A stretch of DNA of 64,000 nucleotides, taken from contig NC_086101.1 of assembly GCF_963921235.1 (NCBI RefSeq), positions 2,358,001 to 2,422,000 of the forward strand. Direction: 5' to 3'. The translations under genes were made by a program, and so were the position numbers. Shown here piece after piece: positions 11,842-24,300 of this stretch. The notes under the pieces are model-generated. The model had not been told where the DNA came from, made no database searches, and saw nothing but the letters and a program-made list of their open reading frames with translations. The DNA comes from Mobula hypostoma (Eukaryota). How positions within the stretch are numbered: position 1 is the first letter of the stretch; each line of letters opens with the position of its first letter.

Positions 11842-11992
11842 CTTTTTCCCCTTATCAATTCAGATATTTTCGGAAGATCTTATACTTGATGGATTAGCGG
11901 GGCAACGTATGCGTTTTTCCGAAGGAGCTGTCGATTTAAGCTGCCATTCTGAACGATGCCGTCACCGGAACCCTCAGTAGTCACAGTGTCAA

Positions 11993-13566
11993 CACCACCG
12001 GTCACCGACCCAACACCTCCGGTCACCGGGCCCCACACCACCGGTCACCGACCCAACACCTCCGGTCAACAGTCCCATCACCTCCGGTCAACAGTCCCAT
12101 CACCACCGGTCACCGACCCATCACCACCGGTCACCGGGCCCCACACCACCGGTCACCGGGACCCACACCACCGGTCAACAGTCCCATCACCACCGGTCAC
12201 CGACCCACCACCACCGGTCACCGGGCCCCACACCACCGGTCAACAGTCCCATCACCACCGGTCACCGACCCACCACCACCGGTCACCGGGCCCCACACCA
12301 CCGGTCACCGGGACCCACACCACCGGTCAACAGTCCCATCACCACCGGTCACCGACCCACCACCACCGGTCACCGGGCCCCACACCACCGGTCAACAGTC
12401 CCATCACCACCAGTCACTGACCCATCACCACTGGTCACTGACCCACCACCACCGGTCACCGGGCCCCACACCACCGGTCAACAATCCCATCACCACCAGT
12501 CACCGACCCACCATCACCGGTCACCGGGACCCACACCACCGGTCACCGGGCCCATCACCACCGGTCACCGACCCACCACCACCGGTCACCGGGACCCACA
12601 CCACCGGTCAACAGTCCCATCACCACCGGTCACCGACCCACCACCACCGGTCACCGGGACCCACACCACCGGTCAACAGTCCCATCACCACCGGTCACCG
12701 ACCCACCACCACCGGTCACCGGGCCCCACACCACCGGTCACCGGGCCCATCACCACCGGTCACCGACCCACCACCTCCGGTCACCGGGCCCCACACCACC
12801 GGTCACCGGGCCCATCACCACCGGTCACCGACCCACCACCTCCGGTCACCGGGACCCACACCACCGGTCAACAGTCCCATCACCACCGGTCACCGACCCA
12901 CCACCACCGGTCACCGGGCCCCACACCACCGGTCACCGGGCCCATCACCACCGGTCACCGACCCACCACCACCGGTCACCGACCCACCACCTCCGGTCAC
13001 CGGGCCCCACACCACCGGTCAACAGTCCCATCACCACCAGTCACCGACCCATCACCACTGGTCACTGACCCACCACCACCGGTCACCGGGCCCCACACCA
13101 CCGGTCACCGGGCCCCACACCACCGGTCAACAATCCCATCACCACCAGTCACCGACCCACCATCACCGGTCACCGGGACCCACACCACCGGTCACCGGGC
13201 CCATCACCACCGGTCACCGACCCACCACCACCGGTCACCGGGACCCACACCACCGGTCAACAGTCCCATCACCACCGGTCACCGACCCACCACCACCGGT
13301 CACCGGGACCCACACCACCGGTCAACAGTCCCATCACCACCGGTCACCGACCCACCACCACCGGTCACCGGGCCCCACACCACCGGTCACCGGGCCCATC
13401 ACCACCGGTCACCGACCCACCATCACCGGTCACCGGGACCCACACCACCGGTCACCGGGCCCATCACCACCGGTCACCGACCCACCACCACCGGTCACCG
13501 GGACCCACACCACCGGTCAACAGTCCCATCACCACCGGTCACCGACCCACCACCACCGGTCACCGG
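11993..13566. repeat. CpG-rich minisatellite of ~20-21 bp units built on CACCACCGGTCA, with alternating variants (..CCGACCCAC, ..CCGGG(C/A)CCCA, ..ACAGTCCCAT)
   Basis: About 75 units; the variants alternate in ~60-62 bp triplets. Confidence 0.95.
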
Positions 13567-13584
13567 CCTGCATTCTGTACAAAG

Positions 13585-14536
13585 TGTCATGGACCCCGTG
13601 ACAGGAATAAAGAACCAGCAGAGATGGAAAACACTTTGGAGTCTAGTATTGCTATAAACTAATAATATTTATTGGTAACTACGCAATACAGTAATATAAA
13701 TGAAGATAAATCACACAAGTTAGCAATGATTATATATAAAAGTAAGTGTGGAATATATATGTATGAAAAACCAAGCTTCTTTAAGTCTGGGGTAAAAAGA
13801 TACTGTCTTACAATGTTGAGTAAAGTTCAGTTCAGTTCAATTCGTGGTATTTATTAGAGTAATGACGGGGAGAGAGAGAGAGTGAACTGAGTCCTCAGGT
13901 GAGCTGATGCCGTCGATCTTCTCCTCGTCCTCCGAAATCCTTTACACATCACCGACTGTGACTTTAACCAGGGGGACCGGTTTTCTGTGGTGGAGCTATC
14001 ACCCCGGCAAGGGTGGACACAATGACAACTCCTCACCAGTCAACCCTTCTTCACGCTGGAATAGCAATTTGGATCGATCCGCCTGATCGATCCTCCAAAA
14101 CCCACTTTCTCTGTGGGCACAACAATGCTCATTCAGTGTCCAGATCATGTGTCTGAGGTCTGTATCATCTGACCTCCCATTTATTTCACCAGGTTGAGCA
14201 TCACGTCATTCAGAGAGTCCCTCCTTCCTTTGTCTGTAAAGGAATGCACAAGCAGGCAACAAGTCCTTGGAAGTAACGTTAATAATGTGCTGAAAATCAT
14301 AACATTGAGTGTCCATTAAATAACACCACCTTCAGTCACCATAGCAATTTACGAGCTGCTCAGTGCTGTCTCCAACTCCAAACTCAGTAGAAATCCAAAG
14401 TTACTTCCACTGCCTTAAAGTGACAGTCCAACCGTTGATCTTCGTCTCTCTCTCCTTTCCAAACAACCCATCAATGATAAATGTCTCTCTGTCTCTCGTC
14501 AATCACTTAATAGGGGCACTCCTGGATCCCCTCACA
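13585..14536. mobile_element. Solo LTR (probably Ty3/Gypsy), 952 bp
   Basis: Starts TGTCATGG and ends CCTCACA (TGT...ACA), flanked by a 4-bp TSD AAAG (13581-13584 and 14537-14540). Non-coding, with an AATAAA on the minus strand near 13670. Confidence 0.75.
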
Positions 14537-14544
14537 AAAGGAAC

Positions 14545-14645
14545 AGTTCAGAGTTCAGCTCCAGCACTGCGGGTAAGGAGTTTGTATGTTCTCCCTGACA
14601 GCTTCCTCTGGGTCTTCCTGATTCTTTCCACATCCCAAAGTTATA
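14545..14645 (+). mobile_element. Degenerate V-SINE/HE1-like SINE fragment
   Basis: GGAGTTTGTATGTTCTCCC...TCCACATCCCAAAG resembles the V-SINE central domain. Confidence 0.6.
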
Positions 14646-14664
14646 CCAGTTATTCAGTTAATAA

Positions 14665-15305
14665 GGTACAGAGTGGAATCAGGCCTTTTGACTAACTGAA
14701 TCTACTCCACCATTTCCCTCTCAGCCCCATACTCCTGCCTTCTCCCCGTATCCCTTCATGCCCTGACCAATCAAGAATCCATCAAACTCTGCCTCAAATA
14801 TACTCAAGGACCTGGCCTTCAGCGAATTCCACAGATTCTCCACTCTTCAGGTTAAAGAAATTCCTCCACATGGACACCCCTCAATTCTGAGGCGGTGTCC
14901 TCTGGTCCCAGACTCTCCCACCATGGGAAACATCCTCTCCACATTCACTCTGTCAAGGCCTTTCACCATTCGATAGGTTTCATTCTTCTGAATTCCAGTC
15001 AATACAGGTCCAGAGCCGTAAACTGCTCACAGTACTCCAAGTGAAACCTCACATAATACTACTTATTATAAATTACTTAAAATTGCACATTGCACATTCA
15101 GACGGACATGTAGCGTAAAGAGTTTTACTCCTCATCTATATGAAGGATATAAGAAATAAAATCAATTCAATTCTTTGCTTCATAAAGCCTCAATATTATA
15201 TCCTTGCTTTTATATTCTAGTCCTCTTGAAATGAAAGCAAACATTGTATTTGCCTTCCTCACCACAAACTCAACCTGCAAAGTAACCTATAGAAAATCGT
15301 GCGCA
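14665..15305 (-). mobile_element. CR1 LINE 3' fragment, degraded, with a short AT-rich interruption at ~15055-15172
   Basis: Reverse complement of the CR1 ORF2 C-terminus (HLEYC, FFN...VENL, EFDGFL) and 3' UTR; homologous to 56545-57390. Confidence 0.75.
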
Positions 15306-15341
15306 ACTCATAACCACAGCTGGTTCAGGAGGCTGATAACT

Positions 15342-18300
15342 CTAATCCCACTGCCCCGATCTCTCCCCAACTAATCCCACTATCCCGATCTCTCCCCAAC
15401 TAATCCCACTATCCTGATCTCTCCCCAACTAATCCCACCGTCCCGATCAATCCCCAACTAATCCCACTGCCCCGATCTCTCTCCACACTAATCCAACTGC
15501 CTCGATCTCTCCCCAGCTAATCTCACTATCCCGATCTCTCCCCAACTAATCGCACTGTCCGATCTCTCCCCAACTAATCCCACTGTCCCGATCTCTCCCC
15601 AACTAATCCCACTGTCCAATCTCTCCCCAACTAATCCCACTGTCCCGATCTCTCCCCAACTAATCCCACTGTCCGATCTCTCCCCAACTAATCCCACTGT
15701 CCCGATCTCTCCCCAACTAATCCCATTGTCCGATCTCTCCCCACACTAATCCCACTGTCCAATCTCTCCCCAACTAATCCCACTGTCCCGATCTCTCCCC
15801 AACTAATCCCACTGTCCAATCTCTCCCCAACTAATCCCACTGTCCCGATCTCTCCCCAACTAATCCCACTGTCCGATCTCTCCCCAACTAATCCCACTGT
15901 CCCGATCTCTCCCCAACTAATCCCATTGTCCGATCTCTCCCCACACTAATCCCACTGTCCCGATCTCTCCCCAACTAATCCCACTGTCCCGATCAATCCC
16001 CAACTAATCCCATTGCCCCGATCTCTCTCCACACTAATCCAACTGCCTCGATCTCTCCCCACACTAATCCCACTGTCCCGATCTCTGCCCAACTAATCCC
16101 ACTGTCCCGATCTCTCCCCAACTAATCCCATTGTCCGATCTCTCCCCACACTAATCCCACTGTCCCAATCTCTCCCCAACTAATCCCACTGTCCGATCTC
16201 ACCCCAACTAATCCCACTGTCCGATCTCTCCCCACACTAATCCCACTGCCCCGATCTCTCTCCACACTAATCCCACTGTCCTGATCTCTCCACAACTAAT
16301 CCCATTGTCCGATCTCTCCCCAACAAATCCCACTGTCCGATCTCTCCCCAACTAATCCCACTGTCCCGATCTCTCCCCAACTAAACCTACTGTCCGATCT
16401 CTCACCAACTAATCCCACTGTCCTGATCTCTCCCCAACTAATCCCACTGTCCGATCTCTCCCCAACTAATCCCACTGTCCCGATCTCTCCACAACTAATC
16501 CCACTGCCCCGATCTCTCCCCACACTAATCTCACTGACCCGATCTCTCCCAACACTAATCCCACTGTCCGATCTCGCCCCAACTAACCCCACTGTCCCGA
16601 TCTCTCCCCAACTAATCCCACTGTCCGATCTATCCCCAACTAATCCCACTGTCCGATCTCTCCCCAACTAAACCCACTGTCCCGATCTCTCCACAACTAA
16701 TCCCACTGCCCCGATCTCTCCCCACACTAATCTCACTGCCCCGATCTCTCCCAACACTAATCCCACTGCCCCGATCTCTCCCCAACTAATACCACTGTCC
16801 CGATCTCTCCCCAACTAATCCCACTGTCCGATCTCTCTCCAACTAATCCCACTGTCCGATCTCTCCCCAACTAATCCCACTGTCCCGATCTCTCCCCAAC
16901 TAACCCTACTGTCCGATCTCTCACCAACTAATCCCACTGTCCTGATCTCTCCCCAACTAATCCCACTGTCCGATCTCTCCCCAACTAATCCCACTGTCCC
17001 GATCTCTCCACAACTAATCCCACTGCCCCGATCTCTCCCCACACTAATCTCACTGACCCGATCTCTCCCAACACTAATCCCACTGTCCGATCTCGCCCCA
17101 ACTAACCCCACTGTCCCGATCTCTCCCCAACTAATCCCACTGTCCGATCTATCCCCAACTAATCCCACTGTCCGATCTCTCCCCAACTAATCCCACTGTC
17201 CCGATCTCTCCACAACTAATCCCACTGCCCCGATCTCTCCCCACACTAATCTCACTGCCCCGATCTCTCCCAACACTAATCCCACTGCCCCGATCTCTCC
17301 CCAACTAATACCACTGTCCCGATCTCTCCCCAACTAATCCCACTGTCCGATCTCTCTCCAACTAATCCCACTGTCCGATCTCTCCCCAACTAATCCCACT
17401 GCCCCGATCTCTTCCCAGCTAATCCCACTGTCCCGATCTCTCCCCAACTAATCCCACTGTCCGATCTCTCCCCAACTAATCCCACTGTCCGATCTCTCAC
17501 CAACTAATCCCACTGTCCTGATTACTTCCCAACTAATCCCACTGCCCCGATCTCTCTCCACACTAATCCAACTGCCTCGATCTCTCTCCAGCTAATCCCA
17601 CTATCCCGATCTCTCCCCAACTAATCGCACTGTCCGATCTCTCCCCAACTAATCCCACTGTCCCGATCTCTCCCCAACTAATCCCACTGTCCCGATCTCT
17701 CTCCAACTAATCCCACTGTCCCGATCTCTCCCCAACTAATCCCACTGTCCAATCTCTCCCCAACTAATCCCACTGTCCCGATCTCTCCCCAACTAATCCC
17801 ATTGTCCGATCTCTCCCCACACTAATCCCACTGTCCAATCTCTCCCCAACTAATCCCACTGTTCCGATCTCTCCCCAACTAATCCCACTGTCCAATCTCT
17901 CCCCAACTAATCCCACTGTCCCGATCTCTCCCCAACTAATCCCACTGTCCGATCTCTCCACAACTAATCCCACTGTCCGATCTCTCCCCAACTAATCCCA
18001 CTGTCCGCTCTCTCCCCACACTAATCCCACTGCCCCGATCTCTCTCCACACTAATCCCACTGTCCTGATCTCTCCACAACTAATCCCATTGTCCGATCTC
18101 TCCCCAACAAATCCCACTGTCCGATCTCTCCCCAACTAATCCCACTGTCCTGATCTCTCCCCACACTAATCCCACTGTCCGATCTCTCCCCACACTAATC
18201 CCACTGTCCCGATCTCTCTCCAACTAATCCCACTGTCCGATCTCTCCACAACTAATCCCACTGTCCCGATCTCTCCACAAATAATCCCACTGCCCCGATC

Positions 18301-21300
18301 TCTCCCCACACTAATCTCACTGACCCGATCTCTTCCAACACTAATCCCACTGCCCCGATCTCTCCCCAGCTAATACCACTGTCCGATCTCTCCCCAAAAA
18401 ATCCCACTGTCCCGATCTCTCTCCAACTAATCCCACTGTCCGATCTCTCCCCAACTAATCCCACTGTCCCGATCTCTCCCCAACTAATCCCACTGTCCGA
18501 TCTCTCCCCAACTAATCCCACTGTCCCGATCTCTCCCCAACTAATCCCACTGTCCCGATCTCTCCCCAACTAATCCCACTGTCCGATCTCTCCCCACACT
18601 AATCCCACTGTCCCGATCTCTCCCCAATTAAACCCACTGTCCGATCTCTCCCGAACTAATCCCACTGTCCCGATCTCTCCACAACTAATCCCACTGCCCC
18701 GATCTCTCCCCACACTAATCCCACTGACCCGATCTTTCCCTACACTAATCCCACGGCCCCGATCTCTCCCTACACTAATCCCACTGTTCTGATCTCTCCC
18801 CACACTGATCTCACTGCCTCGATCTCTCCCCAACTAATCCCACTGCCCCGATCTCTCCCCACACTAATCCCACTGCCTCACTCTCTCCCCACACTAATCC
18901 CACTGCCCCGATCTCTCCACAACTAATCCCACTGCCGCGATCTCTCACCAACTAATCCCACTGTCCTGATTACTTCCCAACTAATCCCACTGCCCCGATC
19001 TCTCCCCACACTAATCCCACAGTCCCGATCTCTCCCCACACTAATCCCACTGTCCGATCTCTCCCCACACTAATCCCACTGTCCCGATCTCTCTCCAACT
19101 AATCCCACTGTCCGATCTCTCCCCAACTAATCCGTCCCGATGTCTCCCCAACTAATCCCACTGTCCGATCTCTCCCCAACTAATCCCACTGTCCCGATCT
19201 CTCCACAACTAATCCCACTGCCCCGATCTCTCCCCACACTAATCTCACTGACCCGATCTCTCCCAACACTAATCCCACTGCCCCGATCTCTCCCCAACTA
19301 ATACCACTGTCCGATCTCTCCCCAACTAATCCCACTGTCCCGATCTCTCCCCAACTAATCCCACTGTCCCGATCTCTCTCCAACTAATTCCACTGCCCCG
19401 ATCTCTCCCCAACTAATACCACTGTCCGATCTCTCCCCAACTAATCCCACTGTCCCGATCTCTCCCCAACTAATCCCACTGTCCGATCTCTCTCCAACTA
19501 ATCCCACTGTCCTGATCTCTCCCCAACTAATCCCACTGTCCGATCTCTCCACAACTAATCCCATGCCCCGATCTCTCCCCAGCTAATCCCACTGTCCCGA
19601 TCTCTCCCCAACTAATCACACTGTCCGATCTCTCCCCAACTAATCCCACTGTCCCAATCTCTCCCCACCTAACCCCACTGTCCGATCTCTCCCCACACTA
19701 ATCCCACTGACCCGATCTCTCCCAACACTAATCCCACTGTCCCGATCTTTCCCCAATTAAACCCACTGTCCGATCTCTCCCCAACTAATCCCACTGCCCC
19801 GATCTCTCCCCACACTAATCCCACTGCCCCGATCTCTCCCCACACTAATCCCACTGCCCCGATCTCTCCCCACTCTAATCCCACGGCCCCGATCTCTCCC
19901 CACACTAATCCCACTGTCCGATCTCTCCCCACACTAATCCCACTGTCCTGATCTCTCCCCACACTAATCTCACTGCCTCGATCTCTCCCCAACTAATCCC
20001 ACTGACCCGATCTCTCCCCACGCTAATCCCACTGCCCCGATCTCTCCCCACACTAATCCCTCTGTCTCACTCTCTCCCCACACTAATCCCACTGCCCCGA
20101 TCTCTCCACAACTAATCCCACTGCCGCGATCTCTCACCAACTAATCCCACTGTCCTGATCACTTCCCAACTAATCCCACTGCCCCGATCTCTCCCCACAC
20201 TAATCCCACAGTCCCGATCTCTCCCCACACTAATCCCACTGTCCGATCTCTCCCCACACTAATCCCACTGTCCCGATCTCTCTCCAACTAATCCCACTGT
20301 CCGATCTCTCCCCAAGTAATCCCACTGTCCCGATGTCTCCCCAACTAATCCCACTGTCCGATCTCTCCCCAACTAATCCCACTGTCCCAATCTCTCCCCA
20401 ACTAACCCCACTGTCTGATCTCTCCCCACACTAATCCCACTGACCCGATCTCTCCCAACACTAATCCCACTGTCCCGATCTCTCCCCAACTAATCCCACT
20501 GTCCGATCTATCCCCAACTAATCCCACTGTCCGATCTCTCCCCAACTAAACCCACTGTCCCGATCTCTCCACAACTAATCCCACTGCCCCGATCTCTCCC
20601 CACACTAATCTCACTGCCCCGATCTCTCCCAACACTAATCCCACTGCCCCGATCTCTCCCCAACTAATACCACTGTCCCGATCTCTCCCCAACTAATCCC
20701 ACTGTCCGATCTCTCTCCAACTAATCCCACTGTCCGATCTCTCCCCAACTAATCCCACTGTCCCGATTTCTCCCCAACTAACCCTACTGTCCGATCTCTC
20801 ACCAACTAATCCCACTGTCCTGATCTCTCCCCAACTAATCCCACTGTCCGATCTCTCCCCAACTAATCCCACTGTCCCGATCTCTCCACAACTAATCCCA
20901 CTGCCCCGATCTCTCCCCACACTAATCTCACTGACCCGATCTCTCCCAACACTAATCCCACTGTCCGATCTCGCCCCAACTAACCCCACTGTCCCGATCT
21001 CTCCCCAACTAATCCCACTGTCCGATCTCTCCCCAACTAATCCCACTGTCCGATCTCTCCCCAACTAATCCCACTGTCCCGATCTCTCCACAACTAATCC
21101 CACTGCCCCGATCTCTCCCCACACTAATCTCACTGCCCCGATCTCTCCCAACACTAATCCCACTGCCCCGATCTCTCCCCAACTAATACCACTGTCCCGA
21201 TCTCTCCCCAACTAATCCCACTGTCCGATCTCTCCCCAACTAATCCCACTGTCCGATCTCTCCCCAACTAATCCCACTGCCCCGATCTCTTCCCAGCTAA

Positions 21301-24300
21301 TCCCACTGTCCCGATCTCTCCCCAACTAATCCCACTGTCCGATCTCTCCCCAACTAATCCCACTGTCCCGATCTCTCCCCAACTAATCCCACTGCCCCGA
21401 TCTCTCCCCACACTAATCCCACTGCCCCGATCTCTCCCCAGCTAATCGCACTGTCCGATCTCTCCCCAACTAATCCCACTGTCCCGATCTCTCCCCAACT
21501 AATCCCACTGTCCAATCTCTCCCCAACTAATCCCACTGTCCCGATCTCTCCCCAACTAATCCCACTGTCCGATCTCTCCCCAACTAATCCCACTGTCCCG
21601 ATCTCTCCCCAACTAATCCCACTGTCCGATCTCTCCCCAACTAATCCCACTGTCCTGATTACTTCCCAACTAATCCCACTGCCCCGATCTCTCCCCACAC
21701 TAATCCCACTGCCCCGATCTCTCCCCAACTAATCCCACTGTCCCGATCTCTCCACAACTAATCCCACTGTCCGATCTCTCTCCAACTAATCCCACTGTCC
21801 GATCTCTCCCCAACTAATCCCACTGCCCCGATCTCTCCCCAACTAATCCCACTGTCCGATCTCTCCCCAACTAATCCCACTGTCCGATCTCTCCCCAACT
21901 AATCCCACTGCCCCGATCTCTCCCCAACTAATCCCACTGTCCGATCTCTCCCCAACTAATCCCACTGTCCGATCTCTCCCCAACTAATCCCACTGTCCTG
22001 ATTACTTCCCAACTAATCCCACTGCCCCGATCTCTCTCCACACTAATCCAACTGCCTCGATCTCTCTCCAGCTAATCCCACTATCCCGATCTCTCCCCAA
22101 CTAATCGCACTGTCCGATCTCTCCCCAACTAATCCCACTGTCCCGATCTCTCCCCAACTAATCCCACTGTCCCGATCTCTCTCCAACTAATCCCACTGTC
22201 CCGATCTCTCCCCAACTAATCCCACTGTCCAATCTCTCCCCAACTAATCCCACTGTCCCGATCTCTCCCCAACTAATCCCATTGTCCGATCTCTCCCCAC
22301 TAATCCCACCCATCTCTCCCAACTAATCCCACTGTCCATCTCTCCCCAACTAATCCCACTGTCCAATCTCTCCCCAACTAATCCCACTGTCCCGATCTCT
22401 CCCCAACTAATCCCACTGTCCCGATCTCTCCCCAACTAATCCCACTGTCCGATCTCTCCCCAACTAATCCCACTGTCCGATCTCTCCCCAACTAATCCCA
22501 CTGTCCCGATCTCTCCCCAACTAATCCCACTGTCCCGATCTCTCCCCAACTAATCCCACTGTCCCAATCTCTTCCCAGCTAATCCCAGTGTCCCAATCTC
22601 TCCCCAACTAATCCCACTGTCCGATCTCACCCCACACTAATCCCACTGTCCCAATCTCTCCCCAACTAACCCCACTGTCCGATCTCTCCCCAACTAATCC
22701 CACTGCCCCGATCTCTCCCCACACTAATCCCACTGATCTCTCCCCAACTAATCCCACTGTCCCGATCTCTCCCCAACTAATCCCACTGTCCGATCTCTCC
22801 CAACTAATCCCACTGTCCGATCTCTCCCCAACTAATCCCACTGTCCGATCTCTCCCCACACTAATCCCACTGCCCCGATCTCTCCCCACACTAATCCCAC
22901 TGCCTGATTCTCCAATAATCCCACTGCCGATCTCTCCCCACACTAATCCACTGCCCGATCTCTCCACACTAATCCCACTGTCCGATCTCTCCCCAACAAT
23001 CCCACTGTCCGATCTCTCCCCAACTAATCCCACTGTCCCGATCTCTCCCCAACTAACCCACTGTCCGATCTCTCCCCAACTAATCCCACTGTCCGATCTC
23101 TCCCCAACTAATCCCACTGTCCGATCTCTCCCCACACTAATCCCACTGTCCTGATGTCTCCCCAACTAATCCCACTGTCCGATCTCTCCCCAACTAATCC
23201 CACTGTCCCGATCTCTCCCCAACTAATCCCACTGCCCCGATCTCTCCCCACACTAATCCCACTGACCCGATCTCTTCCAACACTAATCCCACTGCCCCGA
23301 TCTCTCCCCAACTAATCCCACTGTCCGATCTCTCCCCAACTAATCCCACTGTCCCGATCTCTCTCCAACTAATCCCACTGTCCGATCTCTCCCCAACTAA
23401 TCCCACTGTCCTGATCTCTCCCCAACTAATCCCACTGTCCGATCTCTCCCCAACTAATCCCACTGTCCCGATCTCTCCCCAACTAATCCCACTGTCTGAT
23501 CTCTCCCCACACTAATCCCACTGACCCGATCTCTCCCAACACTAATCCCACTGTCCCGATCTCTCCCCAATTAATCCCACTGTCCGATCTCTCCCCAACT
23601 AATCCCACTGTCCCGATCTCTCCACAACTAATCCCACTGCCCCGATCTCTCCCCACACTAATCCCACTGACCCGATCTCTCCCCACACTAATCCCACTGC
23701 CCCGATCTCTCCCCACACTAATCCCACTGCCCGATCTCTCCCCACACTAATCCCACTGTCCCGATCTCTCCCCAACTAATCCCACTGCCCGATCTCTCCC
23801 CAACTAATCCCACTGCCCGATCTCTCCCCAACTAATCCCACTGCCCCGATCTCTCCCCACACTAATCCCACTGCCCCGATCTCTCCCCACACTAATCCCA
23901 CTGCCCCGATCTCTCCCCACACTAATCCCACTGTCCCGATCTCTCCCCAACTAATCCCACTGTCCGATCTCTCCCCAACTAATCCCACTGTCCCGATCTC
24001 TCCCCACACTAATCCCACTGTCCCGATCTCTCCCCACACTAATCCCACTGTCCCGATCTCTCCCCACACTAATCCCACTGTCCCGATCTCTCCCCACACT
24101 AATCCCACTGTCCGATCTCTCCCCACACTAATCCCACTGTCCCGATCTCTCCCCAACTAATCCCACTGTCCGATCTCTCCCCAACTAATCCCACTGTCCC
24201 GATCTCTCCCCAACTAATCCCATTGTCCGATCTCTCCCCACACTAATCCCACTGTCCAATCTCTCCCCACACTAATCTCACTGCCCCGATCTCTCCCAAC

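Larger units (their letters stand above)
7285..11973 (-). mobile_element. L1-clade LINE (fish-type) with 5' UTR, ORF1 and ORF2; 5'-intact, 3'-truncated, with frameshifts and stops
   Basis: ORF1 motifs EGRSRQKNIRIYNV...IYFDHDY...YPAELRVF; APE endonuclease SFNVNGL...YLQE...RIDY...SDH; RT SFRPISVLNVD...DAEKAFDSV...RQGC..SPLLF...YADDIL...YLGI. The 5' end reads GGTTCCGGTGACGGCATCG...AATGGC. Confidence 0.95.

Noticed and set aside
11956..13566. Mucin-like PTS exon (PPVTDPTPPVTGP)
   Set aside because: Mixed 20/21-bp units shift the frame constantly, stops occur, and there are no flanking mucin domains or clear splice sites.
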